A stretch of 64,000 nt of DNA from contig JBHGNT010000008.1 of the NCBI GenBank assembly GCA_043228905.1, positions 15,004,001 to 15,068,000 of the forward strand, read 5' to 3'. Position numbers and translations under genes: made by a program. The notes under the pieces are model-generated. The model did no database searches. It was not told the DNA's origin and saw only the letters and a program-made list of their open reading frames with translations. Below, piece by piece: positions 23,392 to 37,375 of the stretch. Each line of letters opens with the position of its first letter. Within the stretch, counting starts at the first letter, position 1. Origin of the DNA: Azolla caroliniana. Lineage: Eukaryota; Plantae; Polypodiophyta.

Positions 23392-26300
23392 TGTCGAATA
23401 CAAGTGTATAATGGACGTATTCACACTATCCCTTTGTATAGATCAAGTTTGGGCCATTTGTGTAATTAGCATAAATGGTAGTTGCCCTAAGTCGGTCACT
23501 ATATATAGTGACCTTGTAACCTTTTTGTAGGGTTGGGTTGTATTATTGTTGATTCTATTGAATAGAAGACTCTTTTGTGCCTCTCTCTCTCTCTCTCTCT
23601 CTCTATCTCTGTGAACGATCTAGAAACTGTCATACGCAGGTATTCAACAAGAATCGAATGCTACTTGATCTTCCGCATCGACACGGCCTTGTCTACAACA
23701 TCTGGTATCAGAGCTAGGTTCCTCAACCCGCTGTCGGCCGTCGTCTCAGCCTGCACAGCATTCGGTTTCTTGCATCATTCGAAGAAGAGAGAAGAAGAAG
23801 AAAAACGAGGCCTGCATCTCATCGCGTTAGATCATCTTCACTTGGAGTAAGCCAGCCGGTTGTACTCTGTTCCTTGTGATCGTAACCGCTCGAGGTGAAA
23901 TCCCCTTGTGCAACATTGACACGATCGTGCTCCACTCGGTTAAACGGCATCCGAAGAGGTCATCAAACGCTGCTCGCCGCTCATTGTAACCACTCGGTGC
24001 ACATCGGTCTCAAGACAACAACCCCAATTCGTGCTTCATCCGGCTGATCGACATTCGGGAGGATCAGTTGGATCCGTCTCTCTCGTAGCTGCACTCACCC
24101 GAAGCAGAATCGGTCCAGACAATCAGTTTCAATAATCGGTATTTGGCATATATATTCGGAAGCGAACCGGGCTCACTCCGACTCGGCAACATTCGGGAAG
24201 ACCAGTCGGTTCTGTCCCTCAAGTTACCGGAGTCAATTCGAGCAAGTTCAACAATACATATATCCGAAGCCGAACCGACTCGGGTTCAAATCCGACTAGA
24301 ACGATATCAGGTGAGCCAACCGGCTGCACTCTAACAAGGTTCGTAGTCAACTCCGAACCCAGCTTCGTCAACCGAAACCAAATTTGATGGCATCAACATC
24401 CGGCTCGTCAGAAATGAGTCTACGAAAGTTCGATGGATCGAACTTCAACTTCTGGAAGGAGCAAATGCAGGACTATCTCATAGTCAAGGGGCAAATCGAT
24501 CCCATCGAAAATGAAGAACCTCCAGAAGGATACAAACCAATTGAGTGGCAGAAGCTGGACAGAATCGTCCGCGCCACGATTCGGATGCACCTATCGGAAT
24601 CGGTATACTTTACGGTGCAATCGTGTACGACAACATTCGAACTGTGGAAAACACTGTCGGACACCTACGAAAAGAAGGTCGCTGCAACAAAGATGTTTCT
24701 GATCCGGCGCCTCTACAACTTGCGGATGAAAGAATCAGATTCGATTAAAGCACATCTCAATGAGTACGAAAGCATAAGCTCCCAAATCTCATCTCAGGGG
24801 ACGGCAATCGAGGATGAACTCAGAGCAATGATACTCATGAGCAGCCTTCCCTCGTCATGGGAAACTTTCGTCACAACCGTGTGCAACGCGTCAACCACGG
24901 CTGTTAAATACTCCGAAGTTACGAGCGCAATCCTGACCGAAGCAGCTCAGAGAAAGTCTTTCGCCAAAGACTCAACAGACGACGCTTATGTAGTACAAGG
25001 TTCGACAGACCGATCGAACATACGAGGAAGAGATTCCTCACGGCAGCCGAACAATCAGCGAAGACGGAGCCAGTCACGGGATAATCGAATCTGCAACTAT
25101 TGCAAGAAACCCGGACACATCAAAGCCGACTGCCGCGCACTCAAGAACAAGAACGACAAGTCTCAGAAATCAGACAAGAAGAGTGGCCGGCATGAGGAGA
25201 TCAATTACGTCAGCTTCTCAGCTGATGTGCTACCAAACGACCCGAATATACTATCAATCGAAAATCCAGTCGGATCAGAAGTTCTGCTCACGACTGAAGA
25301 ATCGAGCACATGGCTCTTAGATTCGGGCGCGTCATTTCACGTGACTCCTCATCGATCCCAATTTCGGCAATATACGATCCGTCACTCCGACTCAGTTCGA
25401 GTCGGCAACTCGCAACACTGTGACATCATTGGAATCGGCACAGTAGAGCTCAACCTTGCAGGTGGCTCTACACTTGTACTTCACAATGTCCGACATGTAC
25501 CCGAGCTCTGAAGGCCATTGATCTCAGTCGGACAACTAGATGAAGACGGCATTCGTGCCGGATTTTCTTCGGGAGGGTGGACACTCCACAGGGGGAACCT
25601 CCTTCTTGCTAGAGGACCCAAGATACACTCCCTGTATCCGTTACATGTTACGCTCAGAGAGGGTAACCTGTTTTTGGTGGATATTCCTGTGTCATCGCTA
25701 TGGCACAGAAGATTAGGACACCTTAGCAAGGCCGGCATTACGCACCTATCTAGAGCCGGATACATCCCCAAACTCTCCTTCTCGGACCATCAATTCTGCG
25801 AACATTGCCAGTATGGCAAACAAGCAGCCGCATAACACCCGACATCAGCACCAAGAGAAACGAGACCTCTCGATTTAGTCCATTCGGACGTCTGTGGCCC
25901 AATGCCGCATCAGTCTCTCGGCGGTGCCTCTTACTTCGTCAGTTTTATTGACGATTCGACTCGAAAGGTGTGGGCTTATCCAATCCGCACCAAAGATCGT
26001 GTCTTCTTGATCTTCTCCGATTGGCTCGCTATGGTAGAAAATCAAACTGACCGAAAACTGAAATGCTTTCGGACCGACAATGGGGGAGAGTTCAAATCAG
26101 AAGAATTCGTCAAATTCTGCCGACAACGCGGCATCCGACGTGAACTTACGGCACCACACAGTCCGGAGCAAAACGGGATTGCAGAACGCATGAATCAGAC
26201 AATCCAAGAACGGATAGTTTCCATGCTCCAACACCCCGGACTGTCGGATGGCTTCTGGGCAGAGGCTCTGCTCACGGCAGTACACATAATCAATATGTCG

Positions 26301-28799
26301 CCAAGCAGACCTCTAGGACTTCAAATTCCTCAGGAACTATGGATCGGCAGTAAGCCGAATTACGACAAGCTGAGGATCTTCAGATGTGAGGCGTACGCCC
26401 TTATTCCGAAAGATGATCGCCGAAAACTTGCACCTCGGTCCAGGAAATGCATTTTCCTCGGATATGGATCAGACGGCGAAATGGGATACCGACTCTGGGA
26501 CCCCGAACGCAGACAAATCGTTCGAAGTTCGGACGTTGTGTTCAACGAGTCGGCTATGAATCCATCAGTCGAAAAACCGATCGAAGTCCGAAGGGTAACG
26601 TTTTCCGATGTGCCGACCCTTCAAGAAGGCCCCGCTCTTAACACACGGTCAGCTTCACGGGTAGATGAATCCTACACTACCGACTCGGACAACTCCGACT
26701 CGGCACAGCAGAATAATTCGCTTTCGAACCATCCGACCTCGATACCCGATACGACCAGTCCAATCATACCTCGACGATCCGAGAGACTGTCGCAACCTCC
26801 GGAGAGGTATTCTCCTGGAATTTTCTTCACCGATGCCGGCGAACCGACGTCTTACGAAGAAGCATCGACATCTTTCGATTCAGCCACCTGGCATCTGGCG
26901 ATGGAGTCGGAAATGCACTCCATTCGGGCAAACAAGACTTGGGATCTGGTCGAATTACCTAAGAATCGACGTGCTCTTCCTTGCAAGTGGGTCTATCGAC
27001 TAAAAGAGACGTCTGATTCGACCATCCCAAAGTACAAGGCCAGATTAGTTGCGAAGGGCTTCCGACAAGAATATGGCGTCGACTTCGACGAGATTTTTTC
27101 ACCAGTGGTGAAAATGACAACCCTCCGTTTTCTACTCGGCGTAGTGGCAGCCGAAAACTTGGAGCTGATTCAGCTAGATGTCAAAACAGCCTTCCTCCAT
27201 GGTGATCTTGACGAGGAAATTTATATGGAGCAGCCAAAAGGCTTCGTGGCAACTGGCCAAGAACATCTAGTCTGCCGACTCAGGAAGAGTCTATACAGCC
27301 TCAAACAGGCACCGCGACAATGGTACAAGAAGCTCGACGACTTCATCCAATCGATTGGCTTCTCAAAAAGCGATGAGGACCATTGTCTTTTCACCAACAC
27401 AGCTCAAGATGGATCACCCATCTTCCTCATCATCTACGTGGACGACATGCTAATTTCTGGACGCCACGCGGGCGAACTTGCCGATCTCATTCGGCAACTG
27501 CGGTTGAAGTTTGCCATGAAGGACCTCGGTCCGGCACGACACATACTTGGCATGAAGATTAGTCGGCATCGCGATAAACGACATCTTTTTTTGTCTCAGA
27601 CCGACTATATCGGACGTGTCTTGGAACGCTTCAACATGCAATCAGCCAAATCTGCTTCAACCCCGCTCCCCATGAATCTTCGGCTCTCTCAGCGAGACTG
27701 CCCGACATCCGGTCCGGAGGGGGAAGATATGAAGTCGGTACCGTATGCACCGGCAGTCGGCTCCCTTATGTACCTGATGGTCGCGACACGGCCTGATATT
27801 TCTCATGCCGTAGGAGTCGTTAGCAGATTTATGCACAATCCTGGCCGATCGCATTGGAACGCAGTCAAGCATGTGTTCAAATATCTGGCTGGCACAAAAG
27901 ACCACGACATTCTTTTCGGTCCGAACTCAACCTCAGGCGTAGTCGGTTACACCGACTCGGACTTCGCCGGCTGTATAGACAGTCGGAAATCAACAACCGG
28001 ATACTGCTTCAAATTCGGCAATGGAGCAATCTCGTGGAAGTCGAAACTTCAGGAGTGCACAGCGACCTCAACGACCGAAGCAGAATATGTAGCTGCGTCC
28101 GACGCTGCAAAAGAAGCTTTGTGGCTCGGCCGGCTGGCGCACACGTTTCGACAAGTCGACCATGACTCGGCCCCAGTTGTCTACAGTGACAGTCAAGGTG
28201 CTGTTGCCTTGTCGAAAAATCCGGTTCACCACAACGCCTCCAAACATATCGACGTTCGATATCACTTCGTTCGGGACTGCGTCATTTCAGGGAAAATCGG
28301 TCTAGAGAAAATATCCACAACCGACAATGTCGCAGATGGAATGACCAAGTGTCTTTCGGCAGACCGCTTTCGGTCCCTTCGGCATCAGATGGGCGTAACG
28401 ACAAACCAGTCCGGTTAGAGCCGGACACAGCGCAGGATGGTCTCAGACAACCGACATCAGTTCCGTAATGATCGGCTTCAACTCTTTCGACCCGACCAGT
28501 CCGGTCTTCTGCCTTCGGACCCTGCCGACTCGAACAAAACTGATATGTCCGAGAACCTAAGTTTATACCTGTAATCTTAGATAACCCATGTATACGCCCA
28601 TTACAGGGGAGTGTTGAATACAAGTGTATAATGGACGTATTCACACTATCCCTTTGTATAGATCAAGTTTGGGCCATTTGTGTAATTAGCATAAATGGTA
28701 GTTGCCCTAAGTCGGTCACTATATATAGTGACCTTGTAACCTTTTTGTAGGGTTGGGTTGTATTATTGTTGATTCTATTGAATAGAAGACTCTTTTGTG

Positions 28800-28850
<51 letters not shown>

Positions 28851-28940
28851 GTGCACGATCTAGAAACTGTCATACGCAGGTATTCAACAAGAATCGAATG
28901 CTACTTGATCTTCCGCATCGACACGGCCTTGTCTACAACA
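23392..28940 (+). mobile_element. Full-length Ty1/copia element C1
   Basis: LTRs 23392-23700 and 28612-28940 are near-identical apart from (CT)n length. TSD CTCAT, PBS TGGTATCAGAGC at 23703-23714, PPT AGGGGAG before the 3' LTR. Confidence 0.97.
24387..28418 (+). pseudogene. copia C1 gag-pol (single frame, two premature stops at 25509 and 25833)
   Basis: KFDGSNFNFWK, CNYCKKPGHIKADC, WLLDSGAS, RTDNGGEF, QLDVKTAFL, IYVDDML, KHIDVRYHFVR. The stops correspond to TCA codons in C2. Confidence 0.95.
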
Positions 28941-30068
28941 CTCATCATATACTTCGGCGAGTATTCTCTGGCCAGCAAGGGCTATAGGACATAGGGTAGA
29001 GATGATATGTTATTCCGAGATATTTCCTGTGTACTCCATGAGTTCGGCCACGTATACCCTGGACCCCCCGTCATGCCTCAGAACCGAGCAGGCTTGATCA
29101 TTGCAACATACGAAGGGGTCAAGGTGGATTGGCCGGTGCTGATTGCCGACGGATTGTGTGCGGCTATTGACACCGTAAGAGGCAAGGAAGCCAAAGAAGG
29201 CCGCAAAATATGGCATGCGGTAGTGCAATGGCTCACCCTATTGGCGCCACTTGTCGAGCCCATCCAGACCAAGAAGCGGGGAAGAGCAACGAACAACGCC
29301 CCGAAAGCTGCTTCAAAACGACAACATTTGTTGGCCACAAAGACCACTAAGGGGAAGACAGCCGACACGGAGCAGGCGGCGAAGGAGCACACCATCCGGA
29401 AGCAGCCGACAGACACGCAGGAGGAGACACCGACACGGCCCCTGAAGAGCACACTCCGCCGACCGGTGCAGCAAGAAACGGAAACCCTGGCGGCAAGAAT
29501 GAATGTCGAGACTCAGGAGGAGGAAATGGAGGAAGAACCTATGGAGCACTTCCAGCGGCGGTCGATGATGAGCACCGCAAAATCAACCAGGAAACGTTCG
29601 GACCCACAGAAGGATGGAACGCCTTTACCCCACACTGAGAATCCCACGCCAAGGGAGGAACTGGTCTCAGAAGGCCCTGCACAACAGGCAATACCGGCAA
29701 GACCCGAAACCCAAGCACCGGTAAGGCATGTGCCACCTTCCTCAGCCGGCCAAGAGCAAGCCGAAACACAACCGGAACTCGAACGACAAAGTGGTCAGTA
29801 GGCAAAGCAGGAAGTGCAGCTCGACGCAGTTAGGCGGGACTGGGCACTGGCAAGTGAACCCATCAGCCAACCCTCCGTGCAGACGCAACAACAGGGTACC
29901 GGTAGCCAATGGCTCCGGTGGATAGGAGAGCAGGTTGCTGGAGTGATACTATATGTAGAAACGGAAGAACGAGCACAGATGGAACGGTTTGTTGGGATTT
30001 TCGGTCCCTCCGGATGGGATGTCCGGAGATGAATGACGGCAATCCCGGTTACGGTTACGGTTACGATT

Positions 30069-30142
30069 CCGGAGCCGGACGATGAAGACCCCGGCTACGG
30101 AGCCGGATGATGAAGACCCCGGCTACGGAGCCGGATGACGAA
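30069..30142 (+). repeat. 28-bp tandem repeat in B1 LTR U3 (also ~34815-34887)
   Basis: cggagccgga(c/t)gatgaagaccccggcta, about 2.5 copies, preceded by (cggtta)3. Confidence 0.88.
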
Positions 30143-30650
30143 TGTACCCGGAGAGAGATCCGGATGCGGGGACATATTTGTGAATATGTTTGCCAAGGGC
30201 CCTTGAGGCTATATTTGTAAATAGCCCGAAAGTCATATGTGTATAAATATGACTTAGGGCAAACAGTTTGATGTTGTTGCTCATTTTTCTGGTTTTTTTT
30301 ACTTAGAGAGAGCTAAGTGAGCAGCCGAGAGAGAGAGAGAGAGAGAGTGAGACGAAGAGGTCGTTGCCTCTGTGTACTGCCGCCGCCTGTGGCGAAGACA
30401 GTGAGCTCAAGGTTGTTGCCTTGTAGCTTCACCATTGTACATCTCTGTTTATAGTGATAGTTGGAGTTTGAGGACTCCCGTGGTTTTTCCCCATTTAGGG
30501 TTTTCCACGTAAAACATCCCGTGTACTCTTCTCTCTATTGTACTTCGTGCATTTTGTATTTCCTGTTTTCTGAAAGTTGATCCTATTCCTCGGTTGTGGC
30601 CGAGCACTGTTTTTCAACAAATTGGTATCAGAGCACGGTTAACACAGAAA

Positions 30651-33600
30651 ATGGAAGGCGGCGGTAGTGGGCCTCCGGGCATGATGGTGTTGAACTCACA
30701 TAACTACGCCGACTGGAAGATAAAGATGGAAGACCTTCTCATCGTCCGAGACCTATATGAACCGATCGACAATGCCGAGATACCCAAGGGGGTAATAGAG
30801 TCGGAGTGGAAGCTCCTGAACCGGAAAGCCGTAGCGACGATCCGGCAATATGTCGATGTAAGCGTTCTACAACATGTGGCGAATGACACCAACGCATATG
30901 AGATGTGGAAGAAGCTGTCGGGCCTCTACGAGAGGAAGAATGCGTTGAACCGGACCTCCCTGATGAGGAAGATAGTGAACCTCAAGTACCGGGACGGCGA
31001 GAATATGGTGGAACACGTGAGCACGTTCATGGGATTCGTGAACCAGCTTGCGGCGATCAAGTTCCCGTTGGAGGATGCAATGCAAGCCATCATTCTGATG
31101 TGTACATTGCCGGAAAGCTGGGAGAACTTGGTGGTGACTCTCAGCACCTCCTGCACCGAAGATAACTTGTCTCTACAAACGGTAAAGACAAGCATTTTGA
31201 ACGAAGAAGCGCGTCGGAGAGATAAAGAACCGGTTTCCGATCCGAAGATGCTGCTTACCGAATCGGATCGGGGAAGACAATGGAACCGGAGTCCGCAAAG
31301 ACGGGAGAAGTCGGGGACCCGGTCGCAGTCAAGAGGAAGACCCACATGCTTCCACTGTGGGAAGCCGGGGCACTTCCGGAAGAATTGTCGGCATTACCGA
31401 AAGGACAACGGAGCCGACGACACCGATTCGAAGAAGTCACCGGAGAGAAACGGTGCATACCGGGGAGCCACGGACCGGAGAGGTCCGGATTGGCGAGGGC
31501 AGGACCGGAAAGGAACGACGGCACTCGCGGCAAGTGAAGAAGAGATAATGCTCATTACCGAAGAGACGGAGCTGAACATTGCCGGTGAAGAGATGACCTG
31601 GGTGGTCGATTCCGGAGCGTCGTTCCACCTGACCCCGGAGAAGAAATACTTCTCATCCTACACAGCCGGTGAGCACGACTGTGTCCGGATGGGAAATGAA
31701 GGTACATGCCGGATTGCCGGCATAGGAGACGTGTGGCTGATGACATCAACCGGATGCAAGATGCTGCTAAAGGATGTCCGACACGTTCCGGAGGTTCGAT
31801 TGAACCTGATTTCGGCCGGGAGGCTAGACGATGAAGGCTAGATGGGTAGCATCCGGAACGGTGTAATGAAGTTCAGCAAGGGGAGCCTGATAGTGGCTCG
31901 AGCCCGAAAAGTCAACACACTGTACCTTATGAATGCCTGGTTGTGTCCGGAGGAGTTGAACGTGGCAGCCGACGCTGCCGGTGAGCTGTGGCACAAGAGA
32001 CTGTGCCACATGAGTGAGAAGGGGATGAAGAGGCTTGCAGAAGACAACCTTATTCCAGTGAAGCATGTGCACCTGGAGAAGTGCACCGACTGTCTGGCCG
32101 GTAAGCAAAACCGGACCTCCTTCCACTCAAGGCCACCGACGAGACGTAGCGCACCATTGGAGTTGGTGCACACTGACGTGTGTCAAGTAGAAACGAAGTC
32201 ACATGGCGGAGCCCAGTACTTCGTGACATTCATTGATGACCACAGCCGGAAGCTGTGGACGGCACCGTTGAAGACAAAGGACCAAGTGTTGTGCGTCTTC
32301 AAAGAACTCCACGCGAGAGTGGAAAGGGAATCCGGCAAGAAGCTGAAAGCGATACGAGCGGATAACGGAGGGGAATACCGGGGGCAGTTCCAGGAGTACT
32401 GTCGCTCGAAGGGAATCCGGCTCGAGTTTACTGTGCCGAAGACGCCGGAACTGAACGGGCTGGCCGAGAGGATGAACCGGACCATAATGGAGAGGGTCCG
32501 GAGTATGCTGGCGCATGCGAAATTACCCAAGGGGTTTTGGGCTGAGGCAATGTCGACGGCGACATACGTGATAAACAGATCACCCTCAGTACCTTTGGAC
32601 GGAGACACGCCCCAGAGAGTGTGGACCGGTAAGGAAGTGTCCTACCGGCATCTGAAGGTGTTCGGGTGTCTCGCATACGTGCATGTGGCAAAGGACCGGA
32701 GAGGAAAGTTAGATCCAAAGACCCGGCCATGCATATTCCTCGGTTACGGCGACGACGAGTTCGGCTACCGAGTATGGGACCCGGCCGACAAGAAGATATT
32801 CAGGAGTCGAGATATCATCTTCATGGAGGACAAGACACTCGCCGACTGGGAGTCGGAGAAGAAGATGAAGAGCTCCAAGTCAACCGGTGAGGATCAACTC
32901 TACGAAGAGCAGTCCCGACCGGCAAGGGACCGGTTAGCACTCGAGGATCCGGCCGAAGACGGTGAAGAAACAGAACCGGCCGAGGAAGATGAAACTGATA
33001 CCGGAACCGGCCCCGATCCCGAAATGGATTCGGATGAAGAGGAAACGGAGGAGCCGGTTACCGAAGCTCCGGAATGGAGATATCCTCTAAGAGAGAGAAG
33101 GGCCCCCCGGAGATTTCCGGAACCAGAGCACGTGCTGCTAACCGACGAGGGGGAGCCGGAAAGTTTTGAAGAAGCAAAGCTTGACAACCATAGCCGCAGG
33201 TGGTTAAGTGCCATGCAGGAGGAGATGGATTCCCTGCATGAGAACCACACATATGAACTTGTGGAGTTGCCGAAAGGTAAGCGGGCACTTCGAAACAAGT
33301 GGGTGTTCAAGCTGAAACCGGGAGATGCCGGAAACCCCCCGAGATACAAAGCCAGGATCGTAGTGAAGGGGTTCTAGCAGAAGAAGGGCGTCGACTTCGA
33401 CGAGATATTTGCCCCGGTAGTGAAGATGACCTCCATCCGGACGGTGCTGAGCATAGCGGCAAGCATGGACCTCGAGGTAGAACAGATGGACGTGAAGACG
33501 GCATTCCTTCACGGTGACCTCGAAGAAGAGATCTACATGCAGCAACCGGAAGGATTCGAGAAGAAAGGGAAGGAGCACCTGGTATGCCGGTTGAAGAAGA

Positions 33601-34724
33601 GCCTTTACGGACTGAAGCAGGCTCCCCGGCAATGGTACCAGAAGTTCGACTCCTTCATGACCGACGAAGGGTACCACAAAACGCAGTCCGATCACTGCGT
33701 GTTTGTGAAGAAGTTCGAAGGAGGAGACTCTCTAATACTCCTCCTGTACGTGGACGACATGTTGATCGTCGGACGGGACCAGGGCAAGATACGGATGCTG
33801 AAGAAAGCACTTCACCGAACCTTCTCAATGAAGGACCTGGGTCCGGCGAGGCAAATACTAGGGATGCACATCATCCGAGACCGGAAGAAGAAGCAGTTGT
33901 GGCTGTCACAGGAGAAGTACGTAACAAAGGTGCTTCACCGGTTCAACATGTCGGAAGCAAGACCGGTCGGATCAACCCTCCCGGCAAACTGCAAGCTGTC
34001 CAGCAAGCAAAGCCCCAAGACAAAGGCTGAGAAAGAGGACATGATGAAAGTACCATATGCCTCTGCCGTCGGAAGCTTGATGTACGCAATGGTGTGTACA
34101 AGACCGGACATAGGATATGCAGTCGGAGTGGTGAGCCGGTACATGAGCAATCCCGGCAAAGAACACTGGAACGCGGTCAAGTGGATACTCCGATACCTGA
34201 AGGGCACGGCAAACGTATGCCTCCGATTCGGCTCCGGTAAGCCCGAACTCGACGGCTTTACCGATTCGGATATGTCGGCTAATGCAGATACCAGCCGGTC
34301 CACATCCGGGTATGTGATGACGTATGCAGGGGGAGCTGTTTCATGGCAGTCGAGGCTGCAGAAGACGGTTGCGTTGTCAACCACGGAGGCGGAGTACATG
34401 GCGGCTGTTGAAGCCGGCAAGGAAATAATATGGATGAAAGACTTCATTAGAGAGCTCGGTATCCGGCAGGAGGAGTACCGGCTCTACTGCGATAGTCAGA
34501 GTGCCATCCACCTTGCGAAGAACGCGGCCTACCATTCCCGGACGAAACACATCCAGCGTAGATACCACTGGATCCGGGAAAGGATAGAAGACAAGGAGTT
34601 CGTGTTGACGAAGATCCACACGGACGAGAACGGGTCGGATATGCTGACCAAGGTACTTACACCCGACAAGCTGGAAGCATGCCGGAAGAGGATCGGATTG
34701 GAGAGACATCCCATGCTGAAGTGA
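30651..34724 (+). pseudogene. copia B1 gag-pol (single frame, TAG stops at 31839 and 33375)
   Basis: CFHCGKPGHFRKNC, WVVDSGASFH, RADNGGEY, QMDVKTAFL, LYVDDML, SRTKHIQRRYHWIRE. Confidence 0.95.
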
Positions 34725-36931
34725 AGGGGGAGTTTGTTGGGATTTTCGGTCCCTCCGGATGGGATGTCCGGAGATGAATGACGGCAATCCCGGTTACGGT
34801 TACGGTTACGATTCCGGAGCCGGACGATGAAGACCCCGGCTACGGAGCCGGATGATGAAGACCCCGGCTACGGAGCCGGATGACGAATGTACCCGGAGAG
34901 AGATCCGGATGCGGGGACATATTTGTGAATATGTTTGCCAAGGGCCCTTGAGGCTATATTTGTAAATAGCCCGAAAGTCATATGTGTATAAATATGACTT
35001 AGGGCAAACAGTTTGATGTTGTTGCTCATTTTTCTGGTTTTTTTTACTTAGAGAGAGCTAAGTGAGCAGCCGAGAGAGAGAGAGAGAGAGAGTGAGACGA
35101 AGAGGTCGTTGCCTCTGTGTACTGCCACCGCCTGTGGCGAAGACAGTGAGCTCAAGGTTGTTGCCTTGTAGCTTCACCATTGTACATCTTTGTTTATAGT
35201 GATAGTTGGAGTTTGAGGACTCCCGTGGTTTTTCCCCATTTAGGGTTTTCCACGTAAAACATCCCGTGTACTCTTCTCTCTATTGTACTTCGTGCATTTT
35301 GTATTTCCTGTTTTCTGAAAGTTGATCCTATTCCTCGGTTGTGGCCGAGCACTGTTTTTCAACACGGTTGCTAGTCACAACCAATGAACTAGAGACGGCC
35401 CGGTCAAGGATCCGGTGTCTTGAACAAGACTTGGATCGGGTCATAGAAGACATGGCCAAAATGGCCTTAACCACAACACAGATCCAAGCACCGGTGACTC
35501 CGGTGGATGTACAGAATAAAGAAACAACCACGCCTGTACATATGAATAAGACCCCAGAGACAGAAACCGTCCCAGAGAAAGATGCGGTGCAAGCCCAAGA
35601 GCTTGCCGAATTAAGGGACGAACTTGCTGCACAAGAAGCACTACGGAGCCGTGAAAGAGATTTGAAGAAAGTGGTAGAAGAGGAGTTAAGGAAGACTGTT
35701 GAAAACCTCCGCCAAGCAGAAGAAAATCTGCTAAAAGGGCATCAAGCTTATGACCGGCTAAAGGAGGAAAAAGAAAAACTTGTTGCAGGAGAAGGACAAG
35801 CTACAACGGATGGCGGAAACGGAAATCGAAAGGCTGAAAGAAGAACTCCGTCAACAAAAGGACCGGGAAGACCGCGCTCGCTGGCAAATCAACCAGAGGC
35901 TGAAGCAGAAGACAGAGGACTTCGACCACCTACACCGAAACTTTAAGATCTTGGCCATGGAGTATAAGCAACAACAGGAAAGGATGGCCGAGCTCCGGCA
36001 GGAAGTTGATAGGGCCACAACAGCACTCGCCGACGAACGGGCTGAGAATACAAAGTTATTGGAGGAAGCGGCGAGGGACCGGATGGAGCTCCACAAGCAG
36101 CACAATGAAGAAAAGGAAAGGGCGACAATGGTGTTATAGAGGTTGCAAACAACCTATCAGAGTCAATTGTCGCATTATAGGGAGCAGGAGGCGGACACGG
36201 TCAAAATCATCAAGCAATTGAAAGAGGAGCGACAAGCCGCGGAGAACAAATCACAGATGGGAATGGAACGGATCCAGTGCATCCTCCGGTCATGGCTAAA
36301 CAAGAACAAACGCTTGATTGACGAGAGCTCCGTGCGATGGTGGACGAAATGGGCGCAGAATACGGCTGAACTCCAGTTGCTCAGGGCGGACGCTAAAAAC
36401 CGGTGGAAGGAAGGTGACGACTGTTACATGCTCACATTGGAGGACTTCACCGCCATAAAGGATGAGCTGGCAGAAGATTTCACAGCTCTGGCGGATGAGC
36501 AATTGGTGCAGGTCCGGCAACTCATAGCTCAACTGGACGACGATCGGATGGATGCTCAAATCCAGTTTGAGAGCTATGAGCGGTCCCGGTTTAGGGAAGA
36601 AAAAGCAAGGCAGGCGGCAACGGTCAACCTCAGTGATGAGGAATCGTCACCGGTACAAGGAGCAAACGGAGACCAGGCCGGGGTAAGTCAACTAGAGACA
36701 ACTCCGACGGAGGAAACAACGAAGGAAACGCCGGTGTCATAGCAACCATCAGAGCCGCAGCTAGAGTTGGAGCCACAAACGGAGAAGCAACCCCAGCCAC
36801 AATTGGAGCAGCCGCAACACCAGCATTAGCAGCTACAACAGCCACAACAGATTCCCGTAGAACCACTGGAGACCCTGGAGACCCTGGAGCAAAGCATCCT
36901 GGATATCTTGAACGAAGAGTAAGGGGCCGGT

Positions 36932-36972
36932 GTGGGATTCGACGTACAAGGTACTGTCCCACGGGCGTGCCA
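36932..36972 (+). promoter_or_regulatory. tRNA-3'-end-like motif (inverted second PBS) at the PPT position of G2
   Basis: GTGGGATTCGA-CGTACAAGGTACT-GTCCCACGGGCGTGCCA-TG-LTR. Confidence 0.75.
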
Positions 36973-36974
36973 TG

Positions 36975-37375
36975 TGTTACTCGGCCAGCAAAGACCAGGG
37001 TGTGAAAAGGGGAATTGTTATTTAGGAATATGTTGAAATTACTAGTCTTAATATATAGATTAATATATGAGAAGATGTGGACGGATGAACCGGAATCGGT
37101 ATGCCGATCCGGATCCGGACTGATCCCGAAAAGGTGCCGATTGACACCGTTTTGTACTTCGCACCGGTGACCTATATAAAGGCCCGGTTATAATGTAGTC
37201 ATTAACGGAGAGTAATATAAACCTTTTGTTTAATCATTGAGTATTGTATTGCTAAGTAACCGATTAAGGTCCAATTAAGCGTTGTGTTGTAAGTTATCTC
37301 GCCGTAACACCCTTTGGTGAAATGTCTTAAGTGGACACCCTGTGTTAGGCTGTTGTCCGGCCCTAAGGATTAACA
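36975..37375 (+). repeat. G2 3' LTR
   Basis: TGTTACTCGG..GATTAACA; diverged reverse-complement homolog of the G1 LTRs, with TATA CCTATATAAAG near 37171. Confidence 0.9.

Larger units (their letters stand above)
29990..35364 (+). mobile_element. Full-length Ty1/copia element B1 (Tnt1/Tork-like)
   Basis: 630-bp LTRs 29990-30619 and 34735-35364 (about 2 differences seen). TSD CGGTT, PBS TGGTATCAGAGC at 30623, PPT GAAGGGGGAG. Confidence 0.97.
23171..36922 (+). pseudogene. G2 ORF3, split by copia C1 and copia B1
   Basis: Segments 23171-23391, 28941-29989 and 35365-36922 join into a protein collinear with the G1 and G3 ORF3. Confidence 0.87.
17692..37375 (+). mobile_element. 5'-truncated gypsy element G2 hosting three nested insertions
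   Basis: Starts in late gag (YCYYCRQEGHYSNQC); pol runs to 22753, ORF3 spans 23171-36922 and the 3' LTR is 36975-37375. Interrupted at 18040, 23392 and 29990. Confidence 0.9.

Noticed and set aside
31839-31841. Programmed stop readthrough in copia B
   Set aside because: The homologous fragment near 5710 has TAC here, so this is a point mutation.
36912-36926. Purine-rich stretch as the true PPT of G
   Set aside because: It lies ~50 nt from the LTR boundary set by 5'/3' LTR comparison and is not conserved in sequence among G1-G3. Kept only as an alternative to test.
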